Below are positions 1 to 9,036 of a stretch of 44,603 bases of DNA, piece by piece. The DNA comes from a virus. Lineage: Duplodnaviria > Caudoviricetes. Location of the stretch: the IMG/VR virus record IMGVR_UViG_3300037692_000114, positions 1 to 44,603 of that record. One strand, given 5' to 3'. The stretch's first letter is position 1, and each line of letters begins with the position of its first letter. Position numbers and translations under genes: made by a program. The notes below the pieces were generated by a model. It had not been told where the DNA came from, did no database searches, and worked only from the letters and a program-made list of their open reading frames with translations.

Positions 1-1
1 C

Positions 2-181
2 GCAATGGCGCCGGTGTGGTGGCAGCAAGGCAATCGTGGCCGCGTAGTGGATTACTGCCTGCGTGATGTGTGGCTTGAGGCGATGCTGGTGCGGCACGTG
101 CTGGATGGTAAGCCTCTCAAGAAATCGGCGCTCGATGAGCCGGTTACTGTCCGGTGGCCGCAGATTACTGAGGCGGCCTGA
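2..181 (+). CDS. 5'-truncated RNase H-like (DEDD) 3'-5' exonuclease, C-terminal part
   Basis: Frame +2, not in ORF track, reads AMAPVWWQQGNRGRVVDYCLRDVWLEAML...; YCxxDV is an ExoIII-type motif. TGA overlaps the next ATG at 181. Confidence 0.6.
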   Translation, partial: AMAPVWWQQGNRGRVVDYCLRDVWLEAMLVRHVLDGKPLKKSALDEPVTVRWPQITEAA

Positions 182-360
182 TGAACCACAAACGCAACCG
201 CCCAAAATCACAGCGTGCCGGCTGCACGCTGTGCAAGCCCTACAAGCATCAGCGATTCGGAAAGTCTCGCGCTGAACGTGAGATCGCCGGCGCGGGCGGC
301 TTCGGGAAGATTCGAGCGGCGGTTCATGCGCGGGCTGATCTGATGGAAGCGACGCGATGA
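181..360 (+). CDS. small basic phage protein with CxxC (59 aa)
   Basis: MNHKRNRPKSQRAGCTLCKPYKH...; TGATG coupling to the upstream gene; below the ORF-track length cutoff. Confidence 0.55.
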   Translation: MNHKRNRPKSQRAGCTLCKPYKHQRFGKSRAEREIAGAGGFGKIRAAVHARADLMEATR

Positions 361-406
361 GTAGGCTTGAAATAGCAACGCAATTGGTGTCGGGGAGGAT
401 TCCGAG

Positions 407-604
407 GTGACTATAGAACTCGGTTGGTGGATTCCAGAAGAGACCGAAGCTGCGCCGCGCAGACGATTACCGCGGTGGGTGCTGGCTGTGAACGACAACG
501 GCATCCTGTACTCGAAAGGTGATCGCCTGCACTACGAATGCAAGGTCTCTACGTTCTTGCGCTGGGTTGCGCGGGTGAATGCACAGCGGGTGTCAAAGCA
601 ATGA
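407..604 (+). CDS. hypothetical protein
   Basis: GGGGAGG ribosome-binding-like sequence upstream; ATGA overlap with the next gene. Confidence 0.55.
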   Translation: MTIELGWWIPEETEAAPRRRLPRWVLAVNDNGILYSKGDRLHYECKVSTFLRWVARVNAQRVSKQ

Positions 605-876
605 ACGAACTGATGGCCAGCGCACTGAGCCCAGCGGAGATCGCCCAGGAATTCCTTTACCACGACGATCCTGGCGTCAAAAAACTCGCGCTCGCTGTCG
701 CCGATGATCTGGTGAATGGCGAAGACGTTGCGGACCTGGAATCAGATCTAGATGCGGCGCAGGACGCGAAACAAGAAGCCGAACAGGAAGTAGAGGACCT
801 GAAGGATTTGCTCGGCGAATGCCTGAATGAAGTCAAAGATGCTGATCTGCTTGCCCGCATCAAGAAGGCGCTGTGA
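601..876 (+). CDS. acidic coiled-coil protein
   Basis: ATG at 601 overlaps the previous stop; heptad-like D/E-rich C-terminal half. Confidence 0.6.
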   Translation: MNELMASALSPAEIAQEFLYHDDPGVKKLALAVADDLVNGEDVADLESDLDAAQDAKQEAEQEVEDLKDLLGECLNEVKDADLLARIKKAL

Positions 877-1034
877 GACCCAAAAAATACTACCGCGACA
901 TGAACCCACGCATTGCCCAAGTCATGCGCGATCTGTACTTCGTTGGCAAGCTCAAGCAGCACGAGATCGGCCGCATGTTCGGCAAGGCTCAAGGCCATGT
1001 GTCGCGCGTCATCAGCGGGCAAGTGTGGACCTGA
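873..1034 (+). CDS. small helix-turn-helix DNA-binding protein (53 aa)
   Basis: Not in ORF track. GTGA overlap; reads MRPKKYYRDMNPRIAQVMRDLYFVGKLKQHEIGRMFGKAQGHVSRVISGQVWT, with a QxEIxxxFGxxQxxVSRV HTH pattern. Confidence 0.7.
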   Translation: MRPKKYYRDMNPRIAQVMRDLYFVGKLKQHEIGRMFGKAQGHVSRVISGQVWT

Positions 1035-1221
1035 TGTCAGCCCCCACCCCAGTCCAATCCCAGCGGGAGCTGTATCCCATGCAGCCTGGGGGGTTCTGAT
1101 GAAGCGCGCGATCGTCAACCTTCTGATGTGGCTGTCAGGACGCAGTTGGCAATCGCATGCGCGAGCGGAACTGATTGCGGCACGGTTGCGGCGTTACCGA
1201 TGGTTTCGTGAAGGCTAATAA

Positions 1222-2088
1222 ATGAACTTTCATCCCTATTCAGAAATCTTCCCGATGATCGAAGGCGCTGACTTTGATGCTCTTGTAGATGACATCAAAG
1301 AAAATGGACTGCGTGAGAAGATTTGGATGTACGAGGGAAAGATTCTTGACGGGCGCAATCGTTTCTTGGCGTGCAAAAAAGCGAGAGTGAGGCCGGCAAC
1401 GCGTAAGTTCACGGGAAAGAATGCCCAGGCATTTGTTATATCGGCAAACATCCACCGCCGTCACCTGACTGAATCGCAGCGTGCGCTTGTCGCCGCAAAA
1501 CTAGCTAGTTTGCCCCATGGCGGAGATCGCCGCTCGGATCAAGCGGCAAATTTGCCGCTTGAAACTCAGGCGTCGGCAGCGGAGAAACTGAAGGTTTCGG
1601 CACGCAGCGTGCGCTCAGCAAAGCAAGTGCTCGACAAGGGATCAAAGGCGTTACGTGATGCTGTCGAAGCCGGTGATGTGCCGATCTCGAAAGCCGCATC
1701 GGTCGTTGACCTTCCAAAGGCAGAGCAGCTTGCGGCAGCCACCAAGAAGTCGGAGCTACTGAAGCCCGTCGAAGTTACCACGGCACCAGATTTCGACTTT
1801 GCTGACTACGAACCGGAAGACGATGACGCGTACAAGGCGAACGTCGAGAACGTAATGATGGCCGACGACAAGCTCGCGGCCATGCGTGCGGAACTCAAAC
1901 AGATTCATCGCGAGATGCAAGGGTTAAAGGCTTCGCGCGACCATTATCAGTCGGAAGCCGGCGCGGCAGTCAGGTTGGTTAAGGCGCGTGATCGAGAGAT
2001 TGATAAGCTGAAAAAACAACTCGCGAAGGCCGAAGAGGAAAATGAATCCTTGCGTGAGCGCGTCTCGATTATGGAGGTCGCAGCATGA
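1222..2088 (+). CDS. ParB/Srx N-terminal domain protein with HTH and C-terminal coiled coil
   Basis: HPYSEIFP...LVDDIKENGLREKI...ILDGRNRFLAC, NIHRRHLTESQRA, GGDRRS, then TQASAAEKLKVSARSV. Confidence 0.8.
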   Translation: MNFHPYSEIFPMIEGADFDALVDDIKENGLREKIWMYEGKILDGRNRFLACKKARVRPATRKFTGKNAQAFVISANIHRRHLTESQRALVAAKLASLPHGGDRRSDQAANLPLETQASAAEKLKVSARSVRSAKQVLDKGSKALRDAVEAGDVPISKAASVVDLPKAEQLAAATKKSELLKPVEVTTAPDFDFADYEPEDDDAYKANVENVMMADDKLAAMRAELKQIHREMQGLKASRDHYQSEAGAAVRLVKARDREIDKLKKQLAKAEEENESLRERVSIMEVAA

Positions 2089-3629
2089 GCGACCTGTTTC
2101 GCACCGATAACACCTATACCTTTCCGCCGCCGCGCGAGTGTCAGACCCGCGCGATAGAGACTCTGCGCGAGGGGCTCCGCGCTGGTCACAAAAATCAGTT
2201 GCTGGTGCTCCCGACAGGTGGCGGCAAAACGATTGCCTCACTGATGCTTATCGCAGAGTCACTCAAGAAAGGCCGCCGCGCGACGTTCGTCTGCGACCGG
2301 ATTACGCTTATCAACCAATCTAGCGAAAACGCCGACAAGTACGGCTTGCACAATCATGGCATCGTGCAAGCAGACCACTGGAGGCGTGACAATTCCCTAC
2401 CATTTCAGATAGCAAGCGTGCAGACGATTCAAGCACGCGGCTATTGGCCCACAGCGGATTTGGTGGTTATTGATGAGGCGCATGTACTGCATTCGGCGCA
2501 CAAGGAATTACTTGGCTCCCGCCGCGTTCCCGTCATTGGTTTAACCGCAACGCCGTGCACAAAGGGCCTCGGTAAATACTTCACCAACGTGGTGAACGCA
2601 GCCACGATGCATGAGTTGACCGAGGCCGGCATTCTAGTGCCAATGAAAATACTTTCATGCACGGCGCCCGACATGAAAGGGGCAGAGACGGATAGTAAAG
2701 GCGAGTGGACCCATAAGGCCGCGTCAGAGCGCGAAGCGAAGATCATCGGTGACGTTGTGACCGAATGGATCACGCATGGAGAGAACCGCAAGACCATCGC
2801 CTTTGGTGCGGATATCGCCTACTGCACGCAGCTGGTACAGCGATTCAATGCAGCTGGCGTTTATGCTGCCGCTTACACGTCAGAAACAAGTGATGCGGAA
2901 TGCGGTGAGTTGCTGAAAGAATTCCGCAAGCCGGATTCAGATGTCCGCATCCTAGTGTCGGTCGAGAAGCTCGCAAAGGGATTTGATGTTCCCGATGTGG
3001 GTTGCGTTATCGACGCGCGCCCGTTACGCAAATCCCTATCCACCGCGATCCAGATGTGGGGCCGAGGACTGCGATCATCACCAGGCAAGGCAAACTGCAT
3101 TCTGCTCGACTTCACGCGCAATATCGTGCGGTTCATGCCGGAGTTCGAAGACGTTTACTACAACGGATTCCGCTCACTGGATGAGTCGGAAAAACTCGAC
3201 GCCAGGCCGCGCGATGACGATCAATGCGAGGCCGCCGGGTGCCCAGAGTGTGGATATAAGCCGTTTCGGCGGCGGTGTCTATCGTGTGGCCACGAGAAAC
3301 AAAGTCAGGCGCTGGAAGACACCACGCGCGGGGTGATGAGAGAAATTAGCATCGGTAGTGGCAAGAAGAGGAAAGTGCTTGCGACGGATGAGTTTGATTT
3401 GTGGCGGCAGCTCTGCGGGTACGCGCGGGCGCACAGCAAGCCAGAGAAGCAACATGCCCGCGCCAAAAACTTATTCCGCAACATTCTGGAGAAATGGCCG
3501 CCGCATGACTTTGATTTCTACCAGACCGAATCTGCTCCGATTACGCGTAACACGAAGAACAAGATCAAGCAGCTTGATTGGGCATGGCGCGAAGGGCAAA
3601 AGAAGGCTCAGCAAGAGGCGCAAGTATGA
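2085..3629 (+). CDS. superfamily 2 DEAD/DEAH helicase with Zn ribbon (RadD/YejH-like)
   Basis: Walker A PTGGGKT, DEAH, TAT motif III, GFDVP, QMWGRGLR; CPECG/CLSCG. Confidence 0.92.
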   Translation: MSDLFRTDNTYTFPPPRECQTRAIETLREGLRAGHKNQLLVLPTGGGKTIASLMLIAESLKKGRRATFVCDRITLINQSSENADKYGLHNHGIVQADHWRRDNSLPFQIASVQTIQARGYWPTADLVVIDEAHVLHSAHKELLGSRRVPVIGLTATPCTKGLGKYFTNVVNAATMHELTEAGILVPMKILSCTAPDMKGAETDSKGEWTHKAASEREAKIIGDVVTEWITHGENRKTIAFGADIAYCTQLVQRFNAAGVYAAAYTSETSDAECGELLKEFRKPDSDVRILVSVEKLAKGFDVPDVGCVIDARPLRKSLSTAIQMWGRGLRSSPGKANCILLDFTRNIVRFMPEFEDVYYNGFRSLDESEKLDARPRDDDQCEAAGCPECGYKPFRRRCLSCGHEKQSQALEDTTRGVMREISIGSGKKRKVLATDEFDLWRQLCGYARAHSKPEKQHARAKNLFRNILEKWPPHDFDFYQTESAPITRNTKNKIKQLDWAWREGQKKAQQEAQV

Positions 3630-3847
3630 GCGTTGCGTCGCTTATCCAGAGAATAGAGCAACGCGAGCAATCTCATTGGGACCGCGAGGCTCGTAGGCTT
3701 GGCTTCAAAAACTTTGCGGATCTGGAAATTGCAGAGAGTGAAGCGTTCGATGCCGCATGGAGCGAACTGGAAAAGAATTGCAATCATCCAAATAAGCATC
3801 CCGATCTCAACGTGTGCGAGTGCTGCGCGGAGAGTTTCCGCGCATGA
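3626..3847 (+). CDS. hypothetical protein, Cys-rich C-terminus
   Basis: ATGA overlaps on both sides. Confidence 0.5.
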   Translation: MSVASLIQRIEQREQSHWDREARRLGFKNFADLEIAESEAFDAAWSELEKNCNHPNKHPDLNVCECCAESFRA

Positions 3848-4686
3848 CGCTATACCAGGCCATAGCTGATGCCGGGATGACGCCTCCGAAGTCCATTACA
3901 GAAGGACGATGGGTACGCTTTCCGGGCATAGGGAAGAGCCGCGGCAATAGAGCAGGATGGTGTAGGTTGATTACGCCAACCATGGGAATCTTCGGAGATT
4001 GGTCGAGCGGTATATCTGAAACATGGCGCGATGATTCACATCTCGATGACGCGCGTTCGGCAAAACTTCTGCAGGAGGCCCGTGAACGTGAACGGCGCTT
4101 CGCCGCACAGGAACGCGCGCGCCAGATGGTAGTAGCAGATGAAGCTCGCAAGCTAGTGAGCGCTGCGGTTATGAGTGGCCACCCCTACTTAGAACGCAAG
4201 GGGTTTAAACAGCGTGCCGCGCTCGTTAGAGAAGGCAAGCTCGTTATCCCCGTGAGGGATGCGATCAACTACAGCGACATCATCAGCGTGCAGCTCATCG
4301 ATGAGTCTGGCGAAAAACGGTTCTTGACAGGAGGTCGCACGCGCGGCGGCATTCATCGGCTTGGGGTCGAGCCACGACACGCGAGACGCATCGCATTATG
4401 CGAAGGCTATGCAACTGGACTGAGTATCGATGCCGCGCTCCAGCGCCTTCCTGCGGCTCATGCCGTCATTGTTTGTTTCAGCGCCCGTAACCTTGAATTG
4501 GTTTCGCAAAAGTTTCCTGGCGCGTTTGTATGCGCTGACAACGATGAGTCTGGTGTAGGCGAGAAAGCGGCGCGAGCTACAGGATTGAAATGGCTAATGC
4601 CGTCAGAGATTGGTGACTTCAATGACTTTCATCTGAAGCACGGTTTGCATGCAGTGATGGAGATGTTGCGAGAGACGTTCGCATGA
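3844..4686 (+). CDS. TOPRIM-domain DNA primase (TraC/P4-alpha-like)
   Basis: HPYLERKG, LVIPV, QLIDESGEKRF, LCEGYATGLS, CADND, GDFND motifs. Confidence 0.88.
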   Translation: MTLYQAIADAGMTPPKSITEGRWVRFPGIGKSRGNRAGWCRLITPTMGIFGDWSSGISETWRDDSHLDDARSAKLLQEARERERRFAAQERARQMVVADEARKLVSAAVMSGHPYLERKGFKQRAALVREGKLVIPVRDAINYSDIISVQLIDESGEKRFLTGGRTRGGIHRLGVEPRHARRIALCEGYATGLSIDAALQRLPAAHAVIVCFSARNLELVSQKFPGAFVCADNDESGVGEKAARATGLKWLMPSEIGDFNDFHLKHGLHAVMEMLRETFA

Positions 4687-5081
4687 AGCTGTGTCCTGAC
4701 TGCCTATCTGACTACAAGCGCAAAACAGGAGGCAGGATGCGCGCCCGCAAGCACAACCAGCCGTGGGGTCGCGGAGAATGGCCGACTTCGCTCTACCATG
4801 CGGAACCGACTCGAAAATGTCGCCCACACCATGTGCAATCACTTGCTGATAGCGCTGCGCGGCGCGCCGGGTTACTGCAAGCAACTCCGAAGTGGGCTAA
4901 CCGTGGCGCCATCCGCGCTGTTTACGAGCGATGCATGCAGATCACGCGAGACACAGGCATGCCTCACGAGGTTGACCACATCGTGCCGCTTCGCGGCGAG
5001 CGAGTGAGCGGCCTTCATGTGCATTGGAATTTGCAGGTCATTCCTGCCGTGGAAAATCGAATTAAGAGCAACCGCTTTTAA
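4683..5081 (+). CDS. HNH endonuclease
   Basis: QATPKWA...HEVDHIVPLRGERVSGLHVHWNLQVIPAVENRIKSN. Confidence 0.9.
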   Translation: MKLCPDCLSDYKRKTGGRMRARKHNQPWGRGEWPTSLYHAEPTRKCRPHHVQSLADSAARRAGLLQATPKWANRGAIRAVYERCMQITRDTGMPHEVDHIVPLRGERVSGLHVHWNLQVIPAVENRIKSNRF

Positions 5082-5100
5082 ATGCGCGCGCCCTCGACAC

Positions 5101-5299
5101 GGCGCGATATCAAATCTGTCGGTTCGTGGGGGTGTCGGGTCACCCAAGCGCGAACACAAAAAATGCTTGGGCATCCCGTGACGGGTCCGATGGGGACAGA
5201 TCCCAAAGGGTCGCCGCTTCCAGATTTTTGCGAGAAATCGCGCCTGGGGGTAGGGGGCTCTTTGAGCCGCTCTGAGAACAGTGAGTTAAGAGACTCTTA
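5101..5299. other. hairpin-rich non-coding region, possible replication origin or structured RNA
   Basis: Nested inverted repeats GGCGCGAT/ATCGCGCC, ATCTGTC/GACAGAT, CCCAAGC/GCTTGGG, plus several hairpins with 3-nt loops; follows the helicase-primase genes. Confidence 0.45.
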
Positions 5300-5317
5300 C
5301 TCTTAGGTAGATGAGGC

Positions 5318-5866
5318 TTGAAATGGATAGTGGAATCGCGGAATGAAGCGCGCAGCGACTGCGGCAAGTATTGCGTCCGTGGCGGTTACGCGGATGGGAA
5401 TTTCTGGCGGGCGGTCCATGTACCGAGCGGGAGATTGATCGTGGCGAGTAGCGACAAAGAATTTGTGAAACTGCGATGCGAAGCGCATGCGAAGGCGCAA
5501 AAGGCGGGGGGGCATCCAATGATTCGATTGAAGCCCAGCGAGCTTAGAGCAGCAATGAAGTACCGGCGCTATGACGCGAAGAGGGACAAGGCCGAGCCGA
5601 AAATTGTTGAGGCGCTGGAGAATGCCGGCTGGGCTGTTTACCGCGAGCTTCCAGTGGATCTGCTGGCACTGAAACGCGTCGACGCCGATCACGTGCTGGT
5701 TCGGTTGCTGGAAGCCAAGACGCCGCAGGGCAAGCGCAACCCGAAGGCTAGAGTACGCAAGGAGCAGGTGGCGCAGAACGAATTCTGCGAGCGCTGGAGC
5801 ATCCCCAAACCAACCACGCCTATCGAAGCATTGCTTGCTGTAGGCGAACGAGTGGAGATCCTATGA
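5318..5866 (+). CDS. PD-(D/E)xK nuclease (VRR-NUC/resolvase-like); an internal ATG at 5555 may start the nuclease domain
   Basis: AKRDKAEPKIVEALENAGWAV...PVDLL...LLEAKT...Q..F...W. Confidence 0.75.
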   Translation: MKWIVESRNEARSDCGKYCVRGGYADGNFWRAVHVPSGRLIVASSDKEFVKLRCEAHAKAQKAGGHPMIRLKPSELRAAMKYRRYDAKRDKAEPKIVEALENAGWAVYRELPVDLLALKRVDADHVLVRLLEAKTPQGKRNPKARVRKEQVAQNEFCERWSIPKPTTPIEALLAVGERVEIL

Positions 5867-5891
5867 GCGAACGAGACTGGAGCAGGCACAC

Positions 5892-6260
5892 ATGATCGAT
5901 CAACTCGGAATCGCGCTCACTGGTGTTACAGCGATCTTCCTCACGCAGAGCAAGCAAGAGCGATGGCGTCGCTATGCCTGTCTCTTTGGCATAGCCGGAC
6001 AGCCGTTCTGGATCTATGCGGCATGGTCTGCCAGTCAGTGGGGCATTCTCACGCTCACAGCGCTCTATACGGCGGCGTGGGCCAAAGGCGTTTGGCAGCA
6101 CTGGATACGCCGTACTACTACCCAGTCAAATCCTCTAGCCGCGCGCTGTTATACGATGAGCGAGCGGCATCTCAGCGGACATCGGGTGATCATTGGTTTC
6201 GATTCGCTCGATGCCGCGCAAGCCGCCCATGAGCATATCGCGAAGTGCGCGCAGTCATGA
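5892..6260 (+). CDS. small multi-TM membrane protein, PnuC/SemiSWEET-like
   Basis: Three hydrophobic segments with GIAGQPFWIY and QWGIL...W..G...W. Confidence 0.6.
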   Translation: MIDQLGIALTGVTAIFLTQSKQERWRRYACLFGIAGQPFWIYAAWSASQWGILTLTALYTAAWAKGVWQHWIRRTTTQSNPLAARCYTMSERHLSGHRVIIGFDSLDAAQAAHEHIAKCAQS

Positions 6261-6464
6261 CAACCCATCGCTGCCGCCGCCGCACCTCAGATCGCTACAT
6301 CCGAGAGCGCCTTGCCATGATCGAGGGCCTATCCTGGTGGGACACGATAACCGTCATCGTCCAATACCAGCGCAAGGAACAGCAGGCTTACATTGACACG
6401 TCGAATTGCTTGAGAACTAGACACCGCGAATGTCACTGATCTACGCCAAGATACGCCTGGCCGA

Positions 6465-6971
6465 ATGGGGGCAGTGGTGAGCCTAGATGAAGCTATGGCA
6501 GCGGAAGTCGAGGAAGAGCCCGTCACATTAAGCTGGCGCGAGGTGGATGCTTTGCTGCGCTACTGGGGATCGTCCCGGTGGCGAGTAGGACTGTGTGGTG
6601 GCTTCCCGCAGCAATCCGCCTGCGCTGGTAGGGTCGAACTGTACGAGCCGCGTGACTGGCTCCGTGTCCATCAACTAACGGCACAAGGGCGCCAAAAAAC
6701 ACACTACGGCGGCCATCGCATCCTGTACTACGGAGCATGGGCTGTCTCAGAGCGGCTGCTATCCATCAACGCCGCCGTGAACACGCTGCCTGAGCCGCAG
6801 TTTCGCGCCATCTTCGCAGCCTATGCTATTGGTTACATTTCCAACGAGGACTTTAGCCACAAGCAAAAGGCGGCGATACTCGAGATCACGCCGGACGCAT
6901 TTAGCGAGCGGTTACGGCGGGCGCGAAAAAAACTCGCGGTCATTCTTGCAAATGCAACGGGGCGGCGGTAA
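6465..6971 (+). CDS. late transcription regulator (antiterminator Q or sigma region 4-like)
   Basis: LLRYWG near the N-terminus; INAAVNTLPE...QKAAILEITPDAFSERLRRARKKL HTH; last gene before the late region. Confidence 0.72.
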   Translation: MGAVVSLDEAMAAEVEEEPVTLSWREVDALLRYWGSSRWRVGLCGGFPQQSACAGRVELYEPRDWLRVHQLTAQGRQKTHYGGHRILYYGAWAVSERLLSINAAVNTLPEPQFRAIFAAYAIGYISNEDFSHKQKAAILEITPDAFSERLRRARKKLAVILANATGRR

Positions 6972-6974
6972 AAA
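6946..6974 (+). promoter_or_regulatory. possible pR'-like late promoter
   Basis: TTGCAA-17 bp-TAAAAA at the end of the Q-like gene, about 30 bp before a terminator; the -10 is imperfect. Confidence 0.3.
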
Positions 6975-7000
6975 GAACACTATTGTCAAAAATAGTCACT

Positions 7001-7026
7001 AAAGCCCCGCCACAAGCGGGGTTTTT
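7001..7026 (+). terminator. intrinsic terminator, possibly bidirectional
   Basis: AAAGCCCCGC-CACAA-GCGGGGTTTTT. Confidence 0.8.
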
Positions 7027-7085
7027 AGCTTTTACGCCTCTCGTCACGTCCCCGACGAGCCCTTACGCCCGCCCTGACCGGTGGG

Positions 7086-7301
7086 CTATTTTTCGTCGGC
7101 GCCGAAATACTCCAGCAGCTCGCGCGCATCCTCAGGGGTCAGTGTGATGTCGGCGCCATGGGCGATCTCCTGGCGCATGTATCGCAGCGTCCAGGTGACA
7201 GCGCGGCTCGGCGGCCGGCGCCAGATCTCTATTTTCCTCAGCCCACCGGCGCGTTTTCTAGCGCGCTCGGCGGCTTTGCGGGTGGCGGGGGATTGGGGCA
7301 T
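7086..7301 (-). CDS. small basic protein with antitoxin/RHH-like N-terminus
   Basis: ATRKAAERARKRAGGLRKIEIW resembles DUF3018-type N-termini; last gene of a tightly packed minus-strand trio. Confidence 0.55.
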   Translation of the reverse strand: MPQSPATRKAAERARKRAGGLRKIEIWRRPPSRAVTWTLRYMRQEIAHGADITLTPEDARELLEYFGADEK

Positions 7302-7303
7302 GG

Positions 7304-7555
7304 TCAGCGGGCGACATAGGTTCCGGCGGCATTTGGATTGTGATCCACCCGATAGACAGCGGCCACGAATTCCTGCCACGTATATGCACGTTGCGACGAC
7401 AGCGGCAAAAAGCCGCGTAGTTCACGCATGGCTTGCTGCGTTTCCGCCCAATTGCCCTCTGGTTTGTGATCCAGGATTCGCGCCGCCATCGAAAGATCCC
7501 GGCTCTTTCCAGTGCGTGCCAATATCACAGCCTGCTGCAGTGTTTGCTTGCTCAT
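7304..7555 (-). CDS. hypothetical protein (83 aa)
   Basis: MSKQTLQQAV...; closely spaced between two same-strand ORFs. Confidence 0.55.
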   Translation of the reverse strand: MSKQTLQQAVILARTGKSRDLSMAARILDHKPEGNWAETQQAMRELRGFLPLSSQRAYTWQEFVAAVYRVDHNPNAAGTYVAR

Positions 7556-7559
7556 TTTC

Positions 7560-7784
7560 CTATGCCTCGTCGTAAGCGGCCCAGGCGTGCCCGGTGCCGG
7601 TGTATCCATCCGGATTGCGCGCGCGCCGTGCTTTGCGGGCCGGCTTGGCGCTTTGCCGAGCCTGCATACGGGCCCGTATGGCGCGCAGCTGCTCTACAGT
7701 CATGCAGAGTTTGTCTGCAGATTCCGCATCCCGCTCGTCGAGCAGACGCTGTTTGAGGGCAGCTAATTCAGCTTTGTCGCTCAT
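7560..7784 (-). CDS. hypothetical basic protein (74 aa)
   Basis: GGGAGA ribosome-binding site upstream on the minus strand. Confidence 0.6.
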   Translation of the reverse strand: MSDKAELAALKQRLLDERDAESADKLCMTVEQLRAIRARMQARQSAKPARKARRARNPDGYTGTGHAWAAYDEA

Positions 7785-7838
7785 ATCTGTCTCCCGGTTG
7801 GGCCGCTACCTCAGCGACCATGGGCAGACTGTACGCCT

Positions 7839-7852
7839 CGTGACATGTCACG
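7839..7852. promoter_or_regulatory. perfect 14-bp palindrome, candidate operator in a divergent intergenic region
   Basis: CGTGACATGTCACG, with a TACAGT -10-like hexamer just downstream on the minus strand. Confidence 0.5.
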
Positions 7853-7888
7853 GCGACCTGAATAAGTCGTAGGGGAAAACCTTAACAA

Positions 7889-8863
7889 ATGAAGTCCATT
7901 ACCGCCGCACTAGCCGCGGCAGCTCTGCTGTGCCTGACACTCTCGGCGCATGGGGCCGTCAAGTCGAGCAAGCTCGATCCACCGACCGTGACGCTCAAGC
8001 GCGGCAGCAGCAATATCACGCCGTCGCCAGCCACCATGGAGGCATGCGAGCCGCTACTGATGCCAACGGCCGAGCAGGATGGGGTGGCGAGGGAATCCGG
8101 GTCAGCGGTCTACGCGTGCACGTACACCGTGCGGCTGCGGGTCGCGTTCGGAAAGAATCCACCGCCGGCACCAACGTGCACCGCGCCTAAGCCCGCTCAG
8201 GACGCGCGGATCCAGACCTGCCCCGCTGGCACCGTCGGGACGTGGTCGCAGACCATGGATTACGTGGCCGCGCCGTATCCGGATTGCTGGGCCCCGGGAG
8301 AGTGGACGCCCGCGAAGCCCGCCGAGGGCATCTGTGCGACGCCGGAGCTGCGCGTCTACACCTGCGCAGATGCCAGCGCGGATGGGCGGATCCTCGAGGA
8401 CAAGGCGGGCGCGATAGTCGATTGGCCGAACTGCGCAAGCGTCGGCTACCGAGCGCCTGACAAGTCCCTGGTCGTCGCGGTCAATCCCGGCACCTGGCCG
8501 CTCTACTGGCGCCTCGCCAGTTCGTTGACCAGCGAGCGCATCTGGACGCAGACCGGTGGGGTGGGCGCCTGGGTGCGAGCCAGTGCGATCGATTGGGGCG
8601 CGGCACCTATGACCGGCACCGCAACGATTTCCTGGACGCCGCCAACCGAGAATACGGATGGCAGCAAAGCTGTACTCACTGGCTACCGTATTCATTACGG
8701 AACGAGCGCTACGTCCATGGGTAAAACCATCGACGTGAATGGCGCCGTCACGTCCTACGTCGTCGAGAACTTAACTCCTGGCAATTGGTATTTCGCGGTG
8801 AGCGCGGTTGCCGCGTACGGAACCAGCGATCTCTCAAGTGTCGCTAGCAAAACACTGCCGTGA
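7889..8863 (+). CDS. secreted Cys-rich protein with C-terminal fibronectin type III domain
   Basis: Signal peptide MKSITAALAAAALLCLTLSAHG; ATISWTPPTENTDGS...GYRIHYG...NLTPGNWYFAVSA. Confidence 0.8.
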   Translation: MKSITAALAAAALLCLTLSAHGAVKSSKLDPPTVTLKRGSSNITPSPATMEACEPLLMPTAEQDGVARESGSAVYACTYTVRLRVAFGKNPPPAPTCTAPKPAQDARIQTCPAGTVGTWSQTMDYVAAPYPDCWAPGEWTPAKPAEGICATPELRVYTCADASADGRILEDKAGAIVDWPNCASVGYRAPDKSLVVAVNPGTWPLYWRLASSLTSERIWTQTGGVGAWVRASAIDWGAAPMTGTATISWTPPTENTDGSKAVLTGYRIHYGTSATSMGKTIDVNGAVTSYVVENLTPGNWYFAVSAVAAYGTSDLSSVASKTLP

Positions 8864-9036
8864 TCGCCGCCACGTTACGCCATCCCGGCCGGCTACTCAC
8901 GGGTGAGCATTACCTGCGCCTTGCCATCATCGACAGCCTGCCTAGAGAGCGTCTGATCGAGTACATCGTCTCGCAGTCGCGAGCAAAACAGAAGCCGGCC
9001 CAGCGCCGAATTTTTCGTGTACGCCAAAACTGATCA

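Noticed and set aside
1222-2088. Plasmid partition system
   Set aside because: No ParA or parS array seen; stand-alone ParB-like genes are common before phage replication genes.
5082-5306. 74-aa ORF after the HNH gene
   Set aside because: No RBS, atypical composition; the region is better explained by secondary structure.
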